A stretch of 64,000 nucleotides of DNA from Carcharhinus longimanus. Lineage: Eukaryota. The stretch is from NCBI GenBank assembly GCA_030264375.1, contig JASCQW010000099.1, positions 42,918,090 through 42,982,089 on the forward strand. The letters are read 5' to 3'. The number at the start of each line of letters is the position of its first letter. Position 1 is the first letter of the stretch. Below are positions 53,801 to 64,000 of the stretch, in pieces. Position numbers and translations under genes: made by a program. The notes beneath the pieces were generated by a model. The model saw only the letters and a program-made list of their open reading frames with translations, made no database searches and was not told the origin of the DNA.

Positions 53801-56800
53801 AGCACTTTTTCATTAGTAATATTAATTGCTTTAAGTTCCTCACTCTTGATAGATCCTTGCCTCCTTTCGCTCCCCCCCCACCCCCAAATTATTACTGGAA
53901 TGTGTCTTATCGTGAAGAGATACACAAAATATTTGTATAATGTCTTCCATTTCATTATTGACTTTATAGTATTCCTGTCTCAGCCACTGGGGCCTATTGT
54001 TATTTTCACCATTTTCTTCCTTTTTTTACTTAACTCATAGGAGCTCTTACATTGTGTTTTTATGATTCTTACTCCTTTACTCTCATATTCTGCTTTGTCC
54101 ATGAATCTTCTGGGCTAAAATGTTCCCAATCCTCAGAGTTCTTCATCTTGGTAATGTCATCAGCCTTTGTAAATCTAATTATATTCTTAACCTCTTTAGT
54201 TAGGCGTAGACGGATCGTTTTTCTTGTTTTTAATCCCTCATTTTAATGTATATTTGTTGAAAGTTAAAGTTTTAAAGAAAATTTGCCATTGTTTTTCTAC
54301 TTTCATACCTTTTAATCCGCTTTGCCAAACTACCTTTGTCAAATTACCACTCGTATCTTTGGAATTGGCTTTAATTAAATTTAAGCTAGTTCTAGACGCA
54401 AGTATGCCACTCTCAAAGTCAATGTGAAATTCTATCATATTATGGTCATTCATCCCCAGAGGATTCCTTACTAAGAGATTCATTAACGTTTTCTCTTTAG
54501 ACAAGGTAACATTGCCATAGTTACAGATGATCATAGGCTGCTGTCTCCTTTGAGGGGGAAGAGTTTACTGTTGCTGATTTTAACCAGAGGATCACCACAT
54601 CTCAGGCAAGGGGCAAGGTTTGAGAAGGCATACATGCCTTCATGAATAACCTCAACCAGTATGGGAACTGAATCCATATTGCTGGTGTTACTCTGCATCC
54701 TGAACCAGCTGTCCAGCCAACTGAGCTAACCACTCAGCCCCAAAACAGTCCTAATTATTCAGCTTGCTGGTGATTCCAGTGCTCCACGAATCAAAATCGT
54801 CTTCTGTTCCATTCTTTGAAGAATGTATTCAACTATCTGATCTGTTTGATTCCACGTCAATTTGTAACTAGCTCAGTTAGTAATCCAAGGATTTATTACC
54901 TTTGAGGCCTTGCCTATTCCTTGGGCCCTGAATTCTCAAACTCCCTCAGCAGAACTTCATTCTACATGTCATTGATTCCTATTTGGATTCTGCTCCTCAT
55001 TCTCAATGTGCATTTTTTTTTTTCGCTGCAAGGAGATATCTTTAACCCTGACACTGAGCAGCCAAGTCAGGCTTTGGATTCCTGACTGTGGCTACAGAGA
55101 ACAGTATACATCCACCTGACTATACTGTCATCTATCACACCATCTTACTTCCTCTATTTACATGGTTTCCTAGACCACACAGTCCCTGCAATCTTTCTTC
55201 ATTACCAAACAGATAAAAAGTACTTCATACCTGTTGAATAAAGCCAAAGATTGAGATTCCTTCATCTCTGTATCTTAGGTCTTCATTTCAGCCTACTTCT
55301 CAGTTACATTCTTTTGTACTTAATCAAAATTACCTAAACCCAAGCGGCCTGATTGTTCTTCAATGTCTGCAACTCATAGTCATAGACCCTCAATCTCTAA
55401 CTAGTCTCCATTAAGTTTCACATTGCTCTGGTTCAACACATGACCTGCCCTACCATCCCAATCTAACTTGGTGCTATATTTAATTAGGGATTTTATTCAA
55501 TTGTTACTTTTCGTTATTAACAAACTAATTTATATAATTTATTTAGTCAAATTTCCCAGTTCTTATCTGGAACATAAAAATACATGTAGATATTATATTA
55601 TGTATAGTTGCAATAAACAATACTTTTTATAAACCAGTCTCCTTCATTTGAATGCTTTTATTGCAAATATATTTGTGACATCTGAGGTGGTAACCAAATC
55701 GACTGCATCTGTAGTTCCTATAAAAACTTAAAAGATAATTGCAGACTCAATTTTCTCTATTATCTTAAACTTGTGTTTTCATCCGAGATCATGACAAGTC
55801 TTTCTGCAGCAATAACTCAAGGTCTTTAAAGCTGCTGTTACACAACCACTTTTAGATGATATATTCAGATAGTAGATGATAGATGCAGTCAATTTGGTTA
55901 CCACCTCAGATGTAACAAATATATTTGCAACAAAAGCATACAAATGAAGGAGACTTGTTTATAAAAAGTATTGTTTATTGCAATGATACAGATATAATAT
56001 CTGGAACATATAAAAATAAATGTAGATAAAAATTGAGAAATTTGACTAAATAATAACTTAAATTATATAAATTAGTTTGTAAATAACCAGATTTACAATT
56101 GAATAAAATCCCTAATTAAATATAACATATGATATATTCAAGATTACTGAGCACAAAGTCTGGAAGTACAAGATCCCAATTCCAGCCAGTTCGAATTTGC
56201 ACATTATCAACAAACAGCCTGGTGGAAAACTGACAAACCACCTCATGATGCAATAAACATTATGCGGATTACAGAATAAATTATTCCCTAGTGTTTCATA
56301 AGGAGCACTGGTTAGGTCGCTAGAGAAGCCATAGTTGAAAACTGGAAAAATGTGAACATTTAATGAAAGTAATAATCCAATGGTATAACTACAGGTTGGC
56401 AAATCACACAAGTTTTTTGTTTCCTTTACACTGACCACAAAACAAGTTTCCTAAGGCCTGCTAGCTGCATATTTTTGCTAGTCTGTCAAATCAATGATTA
56501 GCAAATTTCTGATGATGATGGCCAAGAAAACACGAGATAACATTATTTCCAGTAGTGCATTATAAATTGCTGAAAACATCCATTAACTATAATATTTCAA
56601 TTATTATGTTGTTTTGCACATACACAGTGTACTCATGTTACAAGTTAACTCCAAGCTCCAGTGCCTTCAACAGGCTGCCCACTACTCAAGCTGAGGTGCA
56701 ACATCAAGCTGTATTAAAGTTATCAAATCCAGTTGGACATTCTGCAAAAAGTTCCAGTACATAAACTCTCAAATCCAACTATGCCATCATTGGTCAGCTG

Positions 56801-57970
56801 ACAGTCTTCCTTTCCACACCCTGTTTTCCCACACCAATTGAGAATAAATAGATACCTGATCACAAAATCCCAGAATTCTTACAGTTTAGGAGGCAGCCAT
56901 TTTTCCAATCATGTCTGCACTAGCTCTACTAAGAAACAAGTCACCTACCACATTCTCCTTGTAACTCTGCATGTTCCTCTTTTCATGTAATGGTGCAATT
57001 TTCTTTTGAATGTCTTGGTTGAACCTATGTCCACCAAACTCTCAAGCAGTGCATTCCACCCTAACCAATGTGTGAAAACATTCCATCCATTCCCTCACAT
57101 TGCTTTTGCTTATTTTGCCAATCATTTTAATCTGTGCTGTGCCTTCCTGTTCTTGATCCTCAAAACAGTTTTTCCCAATCAAATCTATCCAAACCCCTCA
57201 GGATTTTTAACATCTCTTATCCAAGTTTTCTCCAAGTACTAAATCATCTAAACTTTGTATCTGAAAGTTCCTTTTCTCTGCAACCATTCTTGTGAAACCT
57301 TTCTGCACTCTCTCATGTTTGTCTTTTTTTAAAAAAGTGCAGTACCCAGATCTGGACAAAATTCTCCAGCTGAGGCCAAACTAAAGTCTTATACTAATTC
57401 CACCATCTTGCCTATGTCCTTTGAAATTTCTACACTATCCCCTTTTAGAATTCACAATGCTTCCAAGTTTTCTATCACTTTGGGAGTGCGCCTGTACACC
57501 GAGGTCGAGATCATTAACATACATCAGGAAATGCAAAGGGTCCCAAAACTGATTCCTGGGGAACTTCCCTACAGAATAACCACCTCCCTCCATGAACCAC
57601 TCCTTTCCAATTGGATGATTCTTGACTACCAGAAGTGGCATTTTTCCTTCGTGTGTAATAATTGTTATAACTGTTACAAGAGTGTTCTATGATTTGTTTT
57701 AATGCCCTGAAACTTTTCCCCAGGATTGTAGTAGTGGGGGTTCTGGAGATTAGTCTCTGACTCCCAGAGGCTCCAGTGTGGTTCTGGAGGATTGACATTT
57801 TCCTCCAGTTGTATGCCGGATGTACTGACCAGTGAGAATTCGGCCCCGGGCCATGTTATCCTGAAAGGGACGTCGTCGCTTAACACAGGGGCTGTCCTGC
57901 TCCAGCTCAGCTTCACAGCAGCATAGACCACCAGCAGGGCAGGCACGGCCGGCAACCCTTTACACAGCAT
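32814..57970 (-). CDS. ERLEC1: Endoplasmic reticulum lectin 1 (XTP3-B/Erlectin), whole gene: 14 coding exons, about 479 aa, two MRH domains
   Basis: Exons were reconstructed with GT-AG boundaries and consistent phases, and sum to 1440 nt including the stop if the 35-nt exon 6 is accepted. Strong identity to recalled human ERLEC1. Confidence 0.95.
34016..34091 (-). CDS. ERLEC1: ERLEC1 exon 13
   Basis: cag|[25 protein letters not shown]|gtgagt, 76 nt. Confidence 0.95.
34170..34590 (-). mobile_element. L2-like LINE 3' fragment in ERLEC1 intron 12
   Basis: Minus translation [12 protein letters not shown]...FKMHLKT resembles the L2 ORF2 C-terminus. Confidence 0.6.
34687..34764 (-). CDS. ERLEC1: ERLEC1 exon 12
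   Basis: aag|[25 protein letters not shown](K)|gtaagt, 78 nt. Confidence 0.95.
35195..36128 (+). mobile_element. Composite: HE1 SINE split by a CR1 3' fragment (about 35235-35960), which is split by a V-SINE (about 35488-35685)
   Basis: SINE text tccgggtgctccggttt stops at about 35227 and resumes as cctcccacaatccaaa at about 35961. Confidence 0.75.
36788..36912 (-). CDS. ERLEC1: ERLEC1 exon 11
   Basis: aag|[41 protein letters not shown](R)|gtaaat, 125 nt. Confidence 0.95.
39093..39318 (+). mobile_element. Second family of tRNA-derived SINE
   Basis: Head tagctcagctggctgga and B-box-like ggattcaattt. An inverted homologous copy lies at 54507-54735. Confidence 0.7.
39335..39540. repeat. Palindromic interspersed repeat (Penelope pLTR-like)
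   Basis: catctgtggagaga / tctctacagatg arms with a central ctgatga...gaaa. Confidence 0.65.
39706..39765 (-). CDS. ERLEC1: ERLEC1 exon 10
   Basis: cag|[20 protein letters not shown]|gtatgt, 60 nt. Confidence 0.96.
41792..41953 (-). CDS. ERLEC1: ERLEC1 exon 9
   Basis: tag|[54 protein letters not shown]|gtaaga, 162 nt. Confidence 0.95.
42581..42719 (-). CDS. ERLEC1: ERLEC1 exon 8
   Basis: tag|[46 protein letters not shown]|gtaact, 139 nt. Confidence 0.92.
42879..43102 (-). CDS. ERLEC1: ERLEC1 exon 7
   Basis: aag|[32 protein letters not shown]...[11 protein letters not shown](R)|gtaaaa, 224 nt. Confidence 0.96.
43870..44150 (+). mobile_element. HE1-type V-SINE, diverged
   Basis: ggtagcacagtggtta..ctgctgcctcacagc ... 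ctgcactgtaggg. Confidence 0.75.
44651..44685 (-). CDS. ERLEC1: ERLEC1 exon 6 (tentative micro-exon)
   Basis: Phases require a 3n+2 exon between exons 5 and 7. The candidate is cag|(G)[11 protein letters not shown]|gtactg, 35 nt and acidic like the human linker; an alternative donor gives 32 nt. Homology is weak. Confidence 0.45.
47032..47095 (-). CDS. ERLEC1: ERLEC1 exon 5
   Basis: cag|[21 protein letters not shown]+G|gtaagt, 64 nt. Confidence 0.92.
47182..47259 (-). CDS. ERLEC1: ERLEC1 exon 4
   Basis: cag|[26 protein letters not shown]|gtactg, 78 nt. Confidence 0.96.
47430..47640. repeat. Palindromic interspersed repeat
   Basis: ggataaactcagcag / ctgctgagtttatcc inverted arms. Confidence 0.7.
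48457..48537 (-). CDS. ERLEC1: ERLEC1 exon 3
   Basis: tag|[27 protein letters not shown]|gtaaag, 81 nt. Confidence 0.95.
50750..51560 (-). mobile_element. Degenerate L2-like LINE RT fragment containing a 27-bp tandem triplication (about 51385-51468)
   Basis: Minus-strand text resembles ...YA.DTQ.Y.S...IQSW...NFLQL. The unit g.caccatgt.g.tga..gaaa..tgg occurs three times. Confidence 0.55.
52203..52307 (-). CDS. ERLEC1: ERLEC1 exon 2
   Basis: cag|[35 protein letters not shown]|gtaagc, 105 nt. Confidence 0.93.
53530..54500 (-). mobile_element. CR1 LINE ORF2 fragment
   Basis: [11 protein letters not shown] (endonuclease end) and [23 protein letters not shown] on the minus strand. Confidence 0.85.
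54507..54735 (-). mobile_element. tRNA-derived SINE, same family as 39093-39318
   Basis: Reverse-complement homology over about 220 bp. Confidence 0.7.
55475..56124. repeat. Large inverted repeat (arms about 55475-55710 and 55881-56124, spacer about 170 bp)
   Basis: Directly visible, e.g. catctgaggtggtaaccaaat vs atttggttaccacctcagatg, and tatatttaattagggattttattcaattgt vs acaattgaataaaatccctaattaaatata. Confidence 0.9.
56870..57610 (-). mobile_element. Degenerate CR1 LINE 3' fragment
   Basis: Minus text [10 protein letters not shown] and [13 protein letters not shown]. Confidence 0.7.
57830..57970 (-). CDS. ERLEC1: ERLEC1 exon 1 (signal peptide)
   Basis: [47 protein letters not shown]|gtcagt. 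Confidence 0.9.
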
Positions 57971-57989
57971 CCTGACAAACAACAGCAAC

Positions 57990-58210
57990 CGGCGCACTCC
58001 CTGCCGCTTTCAGGCGCTGACAGCTGCAGAGACCAGGGGGCCAGTGGCCCGGAGCCGGTCGCGCTGAGCCAGCTTCATCACCCTTGGCAGCCGCTCCATC
58101 TGCCACGTCTACTTCCGGTAGGTTGCAGCAGTACAACTTCCGGGGTCAGGCATATCCTGGACCAATGGCAGTGCGAGGCTGTGTGCCACGGACCAATGGT
58201 AGTGCAGGTA
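57990..58210. promoter_or_regulatory. CpG-rich ERLEC1 promoter/5'UTR with ETS and CCAAT motifs
   Basis: ACTTCCGG at 58111 and 58136, CCAAT at 58162 and 58193, and TGCCACGT at 58101. Confidence 0.7.
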
Positions 58211-58516
58211 GAGCTGGGGGTGGGTGCTGATATCTTTTTGTATCACTCACAGATTGTGCAGCCCAGAAAGAAAGACTCAACTCAGGAAGTCAATGCTAGC
58301 ATTTATTTTCCACTAGAACCTCCCCGCCTTCTAACCCCATCAGTACAGCCATCTATCTATTCCTTATTCCCCTCAGATACTTAACGAGTTTTCGCTTTAA
58401 TCCATAAATGCTGTTACTTACAGAACATGTCTGTTAAGGAAATGTTTGGATTTTTCTGCATGTCAATGACAAGTCTTTATTAATCACTTGTAACTGTAAT
58501 GGAAGAAGGCAATGTA

Positions 58517-58860
58517 TCATAGAATCCCTACAGTGCAGGTGGAGGCATTTGGCCCATTGAGTGCACCAATTCTTTGACAGAGTATGTTACTCAGGCCCTC
58601 TCCCTCACCCTGTCCCCTTAATCCCACACATTTACCCTGCTAATCTACACAAACTAAGGGACAAATTAGCATGGCCCATCCACCTAATCTGCACATCTTT
58701 GGACTGCTGGCAACAANNNNNNNNNNNNNNNNNNNNNNNNNNNNNNNNNGGAAACCCTTGCAGACACGGGGAGAACATCAAATTCCACAGGCCAGAATTG
58801 AACCCGGGTCCCTAGAGCTGTGAGGCAGCAGTGCTAACCACTCTGCCACTGTGCCACCCT
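58517..58860 (-). mobile_element. HE1-type V-SINE
   Basis: catagaatccctacagtgcag ... gcagcagtgctaaccact. Confidence 0.82.
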
Positions 58861-58979
58861 CAAGATGGCACTTGATCTACGATCTTCCCATCTTCAGAGT
58901 GATTACTCAAATCATCAAGGTGGCCGTTCCCAGTGCCAAACAGTGTCTCAGGTTAGCCTTGGAACATGAATCCTACAAT

Positions 58980-59480
58980 TTAACATCAAAAGGACTGTCC
59001 CAGGCAAAATGCAAATATCTCTAAGCTCATCCTGAAAGAGCAGAAGACTGATGCCCTTGCACCATAAGGAACCCATGTCTCCAACAACCAATGGGCCAAC
59101 TGCTATTATATCCATGGATACAACCTCACGATTAGTCACTATCACCCAAGATATGGCTTGACAATGGAACTAAAACACTATTACAGAGCTCACATTCTCC
59201 TTTCAACTGGAGAAGAAACCACAGCTACCAGGATAAGGAGGCTGCACATCACTAATATAGATAAAATCCCTAACTCAAAATGACTGAACCTGCACTCCCA
59301 AGTGCATCAATCCCAGCTGCTGGTGATTTTAATAGTCACCACACTGTGTGGGGTTATGAGACAAATAGCAAAGCGCTCACACACTGGATGTCTGTAGAAG
59401 ACCTACAACTGGATTTCAATCCTGAAAAATTGGCAACTTTCCACTCTGCCCATTGGCTGGGAGGCTACAAGCTGGACTAC
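58980..59480 (+). mobile_element. APE endonuclease fragment of a non-LTR element (I/Ingi/Vingi-like)
   Basis: AAGDFNSHHTVWGY...ATFHSAHW motif; the clade assignment is from recall. Confidence 0.6.
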
Positions 59481-60730
59481 CCCCCATGTCCTACTCTCCA
59501 CCTGATGTTCGACTATGGTCCAATTTACCCCCCCATGTCTGACTGCCCTCCCATATCTGATTTCTCCTCCCAAGTCTGTCTCCCCTCCTCCTGATGTGCG
59601 ACTCCACTCCTCAGTGTGTGACACCAACCTCTCCAATGTCTGACCCTCATCCTGCCCCATGTCTGACTTTCCCACCCCCACTTCCCATTCACTCACCTTC
59701 TCCCTGGTCTGTTACTTTCACTGTGACATTTCAAATCACCTGCTTTACATCAGCAAGTTGCTAAAAAAAAGGGTTGCGTGTCCTCCTTCGCTCTGATCTT
59801 TTTCCACTTCGCCTATGGAATCAGGGACGTGCTTCGCTGCTTGAGTCTCACCGGCCTGAGTCAGGAAGGTCAGGCAAGATAGGCAGTTCAGCATTTTATC
59901 ACAGCCAAGTCTGTATGGAGGGGCAATCTGCCATTGATTGCCATCTGGGAAGTTCCAGCCCAAGATGCTGGCCTGACCATTTTGTTGTAAAATTATAGTA
60001 ATTCCTCTAGCCATACAGTAAGGGGTGCGGGCAAGGAGCTAGCTCCACGTCTAAGTCTTAATATGACTCTGCTCAACCCAATACTCAACCGACCTCTGCG
60101 TCATACTCTGTTCCACATTAACTCTGTAAATACCAGACCCTTACACCACATCTCCTCAAAGTATTTACCCCGTGAATATAGAGTCACATTTGTTTACTTC
60201 GAGGCTTACATTGTTTTAAGACTCATTGATTTATCTTCTTGTTACAAACTCAATGTTATTCCAACGCTATTTCTGTATTAGTTTTAACATTCTCACTACC
60301 TGTTGGGTCCATTCATTCATTTGAATAGACGAGGGGACAGCACTGATGCGAGTTTTCTTTTATTGAACAGAACTTTAAAAGATTATTACCATGACAGAAG
60401 TGAAAAGAGAAAGAAAAGTGAACTTGGAGACTGGCTTTTACTGCTGAACGAATCTTGAAAACAAAACTGAAAAAAAAACACACTAAGATCCAAACTATAT
60501 TTCAATCATTATCTCGAAATTGAAAATGTTTTTTGCAGGCTGCTGCCGACTTAGCTGCTGTTATACTGTTGTTTATCTGTATTGTGTAACCTTCAGGAAT
60601 GCAGTCAATTTTTAGCTAATCTTTAGACTAATGATTCTACGTGTAGTTAAGTTAGCAGGGTTAGTTGCGTAGGCAGAAATATTTAAAAATGAAGTCTTTG
60701 CATAGACTGAAGTACAGATCAGAATGCTGA

Positions 60731-61204
60731 AAAACACTTCAGCGGTCATGGGCATTCGGACCCTGATCTTCAGGTAAGCATTCTCCAAGGTGGCCTTCAT
60801 GACACACAACAATGCAGAGTCCTGAGCAGAGACTGATAGCCAAGTTCTGCACACATGACAATGGCCTCATCCGGGATCTTGGGTTCATGACACACTATCT
60901 GTTACCCCCATGACTTGCCTGGACTTGCAAAATCTCACTAACTGACCTGTTTGGAGACAATACACATCTCTTTAACCTGTGCTTAATGCTCTCTCCACTC
61001 ACATTGTCTATACTTTAAGACTTGATTAGCTGTAAAGACCTGCATTCCAACCATTATGTTGTAAATTGAGTTTGTGTATTTATGTGCACTGTTTGTGAAC
61101 AGAACTCCCACTTACCTGACAAAGGAGCAGCGCTCCGAAAGCTAGTCGCTTTTGCTACCAAATAAACCTGTTGGACTTTAACCTGGTGTTGTGAGATTTC
61201 TTAT
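60731..61204 (+). mobile_element. Penelope-like element 3' fragment: GIY-YIG endonuclease C-terminus plus pLTR
   Basis: KHFSGHGHSDPDLQVSILQGGLHDTQQCRV/EQRLIAKFCTHDNGLIRDLGFMTHY (one frameshift), followed by a hammerhead-like motif and aataaacctgttggactttaacctggtgttgtgaga. Confidence 0.85.
61116..61146 (+). ncRNA. Minimal hammerhead ribozyme-like motif, probably inactivated
   Basis: CTGACAA-A-GGAGC-AGC-GCTCC-GAAA-GCTAG; the core CUGANGA has a G-to-A change. Confidence 0.55.
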
Positions 61205-62199
61205 TAGACTGAAGTAAACAGGGCTAAGCATACATAGGATCTCTCACTACGCCACCACCCCCCCCAAGTCTATGAGTTAAAGGTTTACGCAGTCTGGAGG
61301 CCCACATAACCCACATCTTGTTCACTGGCCTGTTGGAAGATGGCAGGCTGTGTTGGTTCTGGTACTTGCTGTTGGCTTGGAAGTTGGACAGGTATTTATC
61401 TAGGCTTTCATTATTTTCTTTCAGTGTTTAGTATCGACCCATGCCTGATCAGTTTGGCCCTTGGGTTGATCCATGGTTCCTGTTGATTGTTTCTTTTCAT
61501 GGTGGGGTGGGGGGGGGTGGGGGGAGGCACCAGGATGGACAANNNNNNNNNNNNNNNNNNNNNNNNNNNNNNNNNNNNNNNNNNNNNNNNNNNNNNNNNN
61601 NNNNNNNNNNNNNNNNNNNNNNNNNNNNNNNNNNNNNNNNNNACGCACCAGGATGGACAAGGTATTTGCCTCATTGGTGCTGTTTTTTATTCTTTCTCCA
61701 TGTGCACTGTCTTGAAGCCGTCAAGGCTGAGGAAGATGAATGTTTAGTGGTATGCTCACCTCAGCATTTTGTTATCAATGGTGCAAGACTGGTATCACGT
61801 TCTGGTATCCCTTGTGTTTATAGCATATTGGCAGGAAGTTGCAGTGTACACACTGTGATTGCCATGTACCAAAGATAGAGGCTTCTCAACTGCTGATCAT
61901 TTCACCAGAGGTGCATTGGCAATTTAGTGGATGGTAGGTTGGTCTGACCACTAGGGACTTTTAGGAACTTGCAACAAAAATGGACAAACCTTACTGTGCA
62001 AAGAGAGAAGAGGGAACGAAGGTGAGCTCCAACTCTAAGTACAGTTTAGCATTTGAGAGCTCAAGACCGTGTTGGTTTGGCTGAGTAATTAGTGATGGTG
62101 GTAGTCTTGACATCCTCCGCCATCTGGAGGAACTCTGGGGGATAGAGGCATCCCTGCCCAGTAGACAGAAAGGCTGGTCATGGACAATGTACATCAGTT

Positions 62200-63620
62200 C
62201 AAAGATCTGTTTGCTGCCATTTATTGTATCTGCAGTTTTTCCATTTTTCCTTGGCAGTGTGTAATTCCTGTGTGTTATCTTTCATGCTCATGCGTTTCTA
62301 ACAATTGTTTGTGAAAGACGTCACACTCTTTAGTGAGAACTCCCAGCTTCATTTGTTATTCTGTGTTCTTATGTTTTTTTCAAGGTTCCTTCCAAATGTG
62401 CAACTTTTTTCTTCAGAACTGAGCCTCATTCTTGCATCTCTTCCTCCTGGAATAGTGAACACTCCCGAGTCCTCTCTGAAAACTGGTAAATTTGTTTTGT
62501 CTCACTTCATAATGTTCTTGAGGAACAAACTCAGACCTGAGGGATCCTTGTAGCCTGTGAAGGTCCATCAGCAGATTTTCCTTTACATTGCAAAGCTCAA
62601 GTCCTTCACCTTGAGTTTTCTTGTATTTTAGCAGAGTCTCATTGCGTCTGTTCTGCCCCTCTGCTCATCGTGGTATTCTTTTTTTCAGCCTTGTTGCATC
62701 TGATCCTGAAGGCCAATTAGCTGTTCCTTCAACTGTTTATTTTCTTGTTGAGCTGTTTTCTTCTCACTCTACACAGCTAACACAGCTCTTTCTGAAGCAG
62801 CAATGTTATCTGTAATTGCATGTGTTTTTCCAGGGGCATGCATTGGTTTGTCAAAGAACTGGCAATGAGGTCTGTTGGTGTCTTCCTTGCCTTCTGTTGT
62901 GCCTGGCTGTATTTCAGGTTGAGTTCTTCCAACAGATGTTCTCTGATTGCACTTCTGCTTTCTCTTGGTCCACCTGTCCCAGATCTTGTTCCTTGTTACC
63001 ATCAGCTTCCGGTAGAGTTCTGGAAACGTGTCCACAACTTCAAAAAGGAAATCATTTGGGGCACCTGCCTTGGGCTTCCCAGGAGTTTCTGGAGACTTTG
63101 TGCTTCTTGTGTGGTTTGTTTGGATGCTGTCTTTTGTCTTTTTCATCATGTTACTGAGGGCTTTCTATGGCTCTTTTTAAGCTCCCTGTGCTCCTCCACT
63201 TGAAGATTGTGGATTCATCAATGCACTGCATCATGATTATGTTGTCAGCAAGTTCACCAAATGAAGATGAATAGGTATTTATCTGGATGACTTCTGATTT
63301 CTTACAGAGACCTGATATTCTCTAGTTGTTAAAAGTTCCATGCTCCACGACACACAATTTTTCATGAGATTTGGCCGAGGGCTGAATCCAAATTTATCTA
63401 ATAAGTTGCATTTATGATCTATGGTCATTTCTTTTCTTCTGCAATCACAGCTGTTAAGAATGTTTGTGCAGGAACTGTTTCTTCTCTCTTAAAAATGGCA
63501 TGCTGCCACTGTTTTATCCTCTGGTCTTCTGGTACTTTTTGTTGGGTTCTGTGGGCTCCCGCTGTAATCGTGGGATGTTTCTTTTTAAACTAATCAGCTC
63601 TTTAACTCTGCAAAAAAATA
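62200..63620 (-). mobile_element. Possible degenerate LTR retrotransposon gag/protease-like fragment
   Basis: Minus text HCQFFDKPMHAPGKTHA (eroded zinc knuckle) and SFGELADNII; weak evidence. Confidence 0.35.
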
Positions 63621-64000
63621 AATTTTGAACTAATGTTTGCCAGCAATTTGCTTCTCTGAGCTTTGGAGATTGATAGCAAGGTGACGTTTGCTCTGTCTTC
63701 TGTCTGTTTTTTCAAGTTTTTTTTTCCAATGGAGCACCCCGGATTTCAAGATAATGTTGCCGGACTCTTCAGAGACAAAGGGGAATTTCTACGCTTCCTG
63801 GTTTTGGTAGCTGAATACTATTTTAACAATGGCTGTGTGGATCCATCAACTTCTTTCGTTCAGTGGTTTACTATCGTTAGTGAAGCATTCAAAGTCAACA
63901 CAGGCTTGATGTTCCTTACAGGCTGAGTAATTTAATTATTAATTTTTATTTCTGAGCTCAGGAATCATGATTAGCAATGGGTTTCATTCAGAAAAAATGC

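Noticed and set aside
57674-57997. ORF track start at GTG 57997 and extension to 57674
   Set aside because: The true start is more plausibly ATG 57970, which begins the signal peptide; the sequence beyond 57830 is intron 1.
61527-61660. Direct repeat gcaccaggatggacaa on both sides of a 100-N gap
   Set aside because: Most likely overlapping contig ends (scaffolding artefact), not a TSD.

Overview
Eukaryotic genomic DNA, not prokaryotic: no operons, CRISPR arrays or rRNA genes are evident. It is a gapped draft scaffold from a cartilaginous fish, inferred from HE1-type V-SINEs, Deu-domain SINEs, CR1/HER1 LINEs and Penelope-like elements. It carries the conserved vertebrate block PSME4(+) - GPR75(+) - ERLEC1(-). 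The last coding exon of PSME4 is at 195-329, the intronless GPR75 CDS at 13042-14655, and ERLEC1 has 14 coding exons reconstructed by hand between 57970 and 32814 (exon 6 is tentative). The ERLEC1 promoter probably also drives ASB3 on the + strand. The most notable unexplained signal is a candidate hidden, apparently decaying gene on the minus strand between GPR75 and ERLEC1 (about 21030-24580, perhaps extending to about 31 kb). It has a clean terminal exon, a matching splice phase and a polyA signal, and I cannot assign it to a family. Other items of interest are a Penelope-derived hammerhead ribozyme motif, a 650-bp fold-back inverted repeat with an internal micro-inversion, a pre-miRNA-shaped hairpin, in-frame uORFs directly upstream of both GPR75 and ERLEC1, and triple-nested transposon insertions. 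All identifications come from manual reading and recalled homology; no searches were run.
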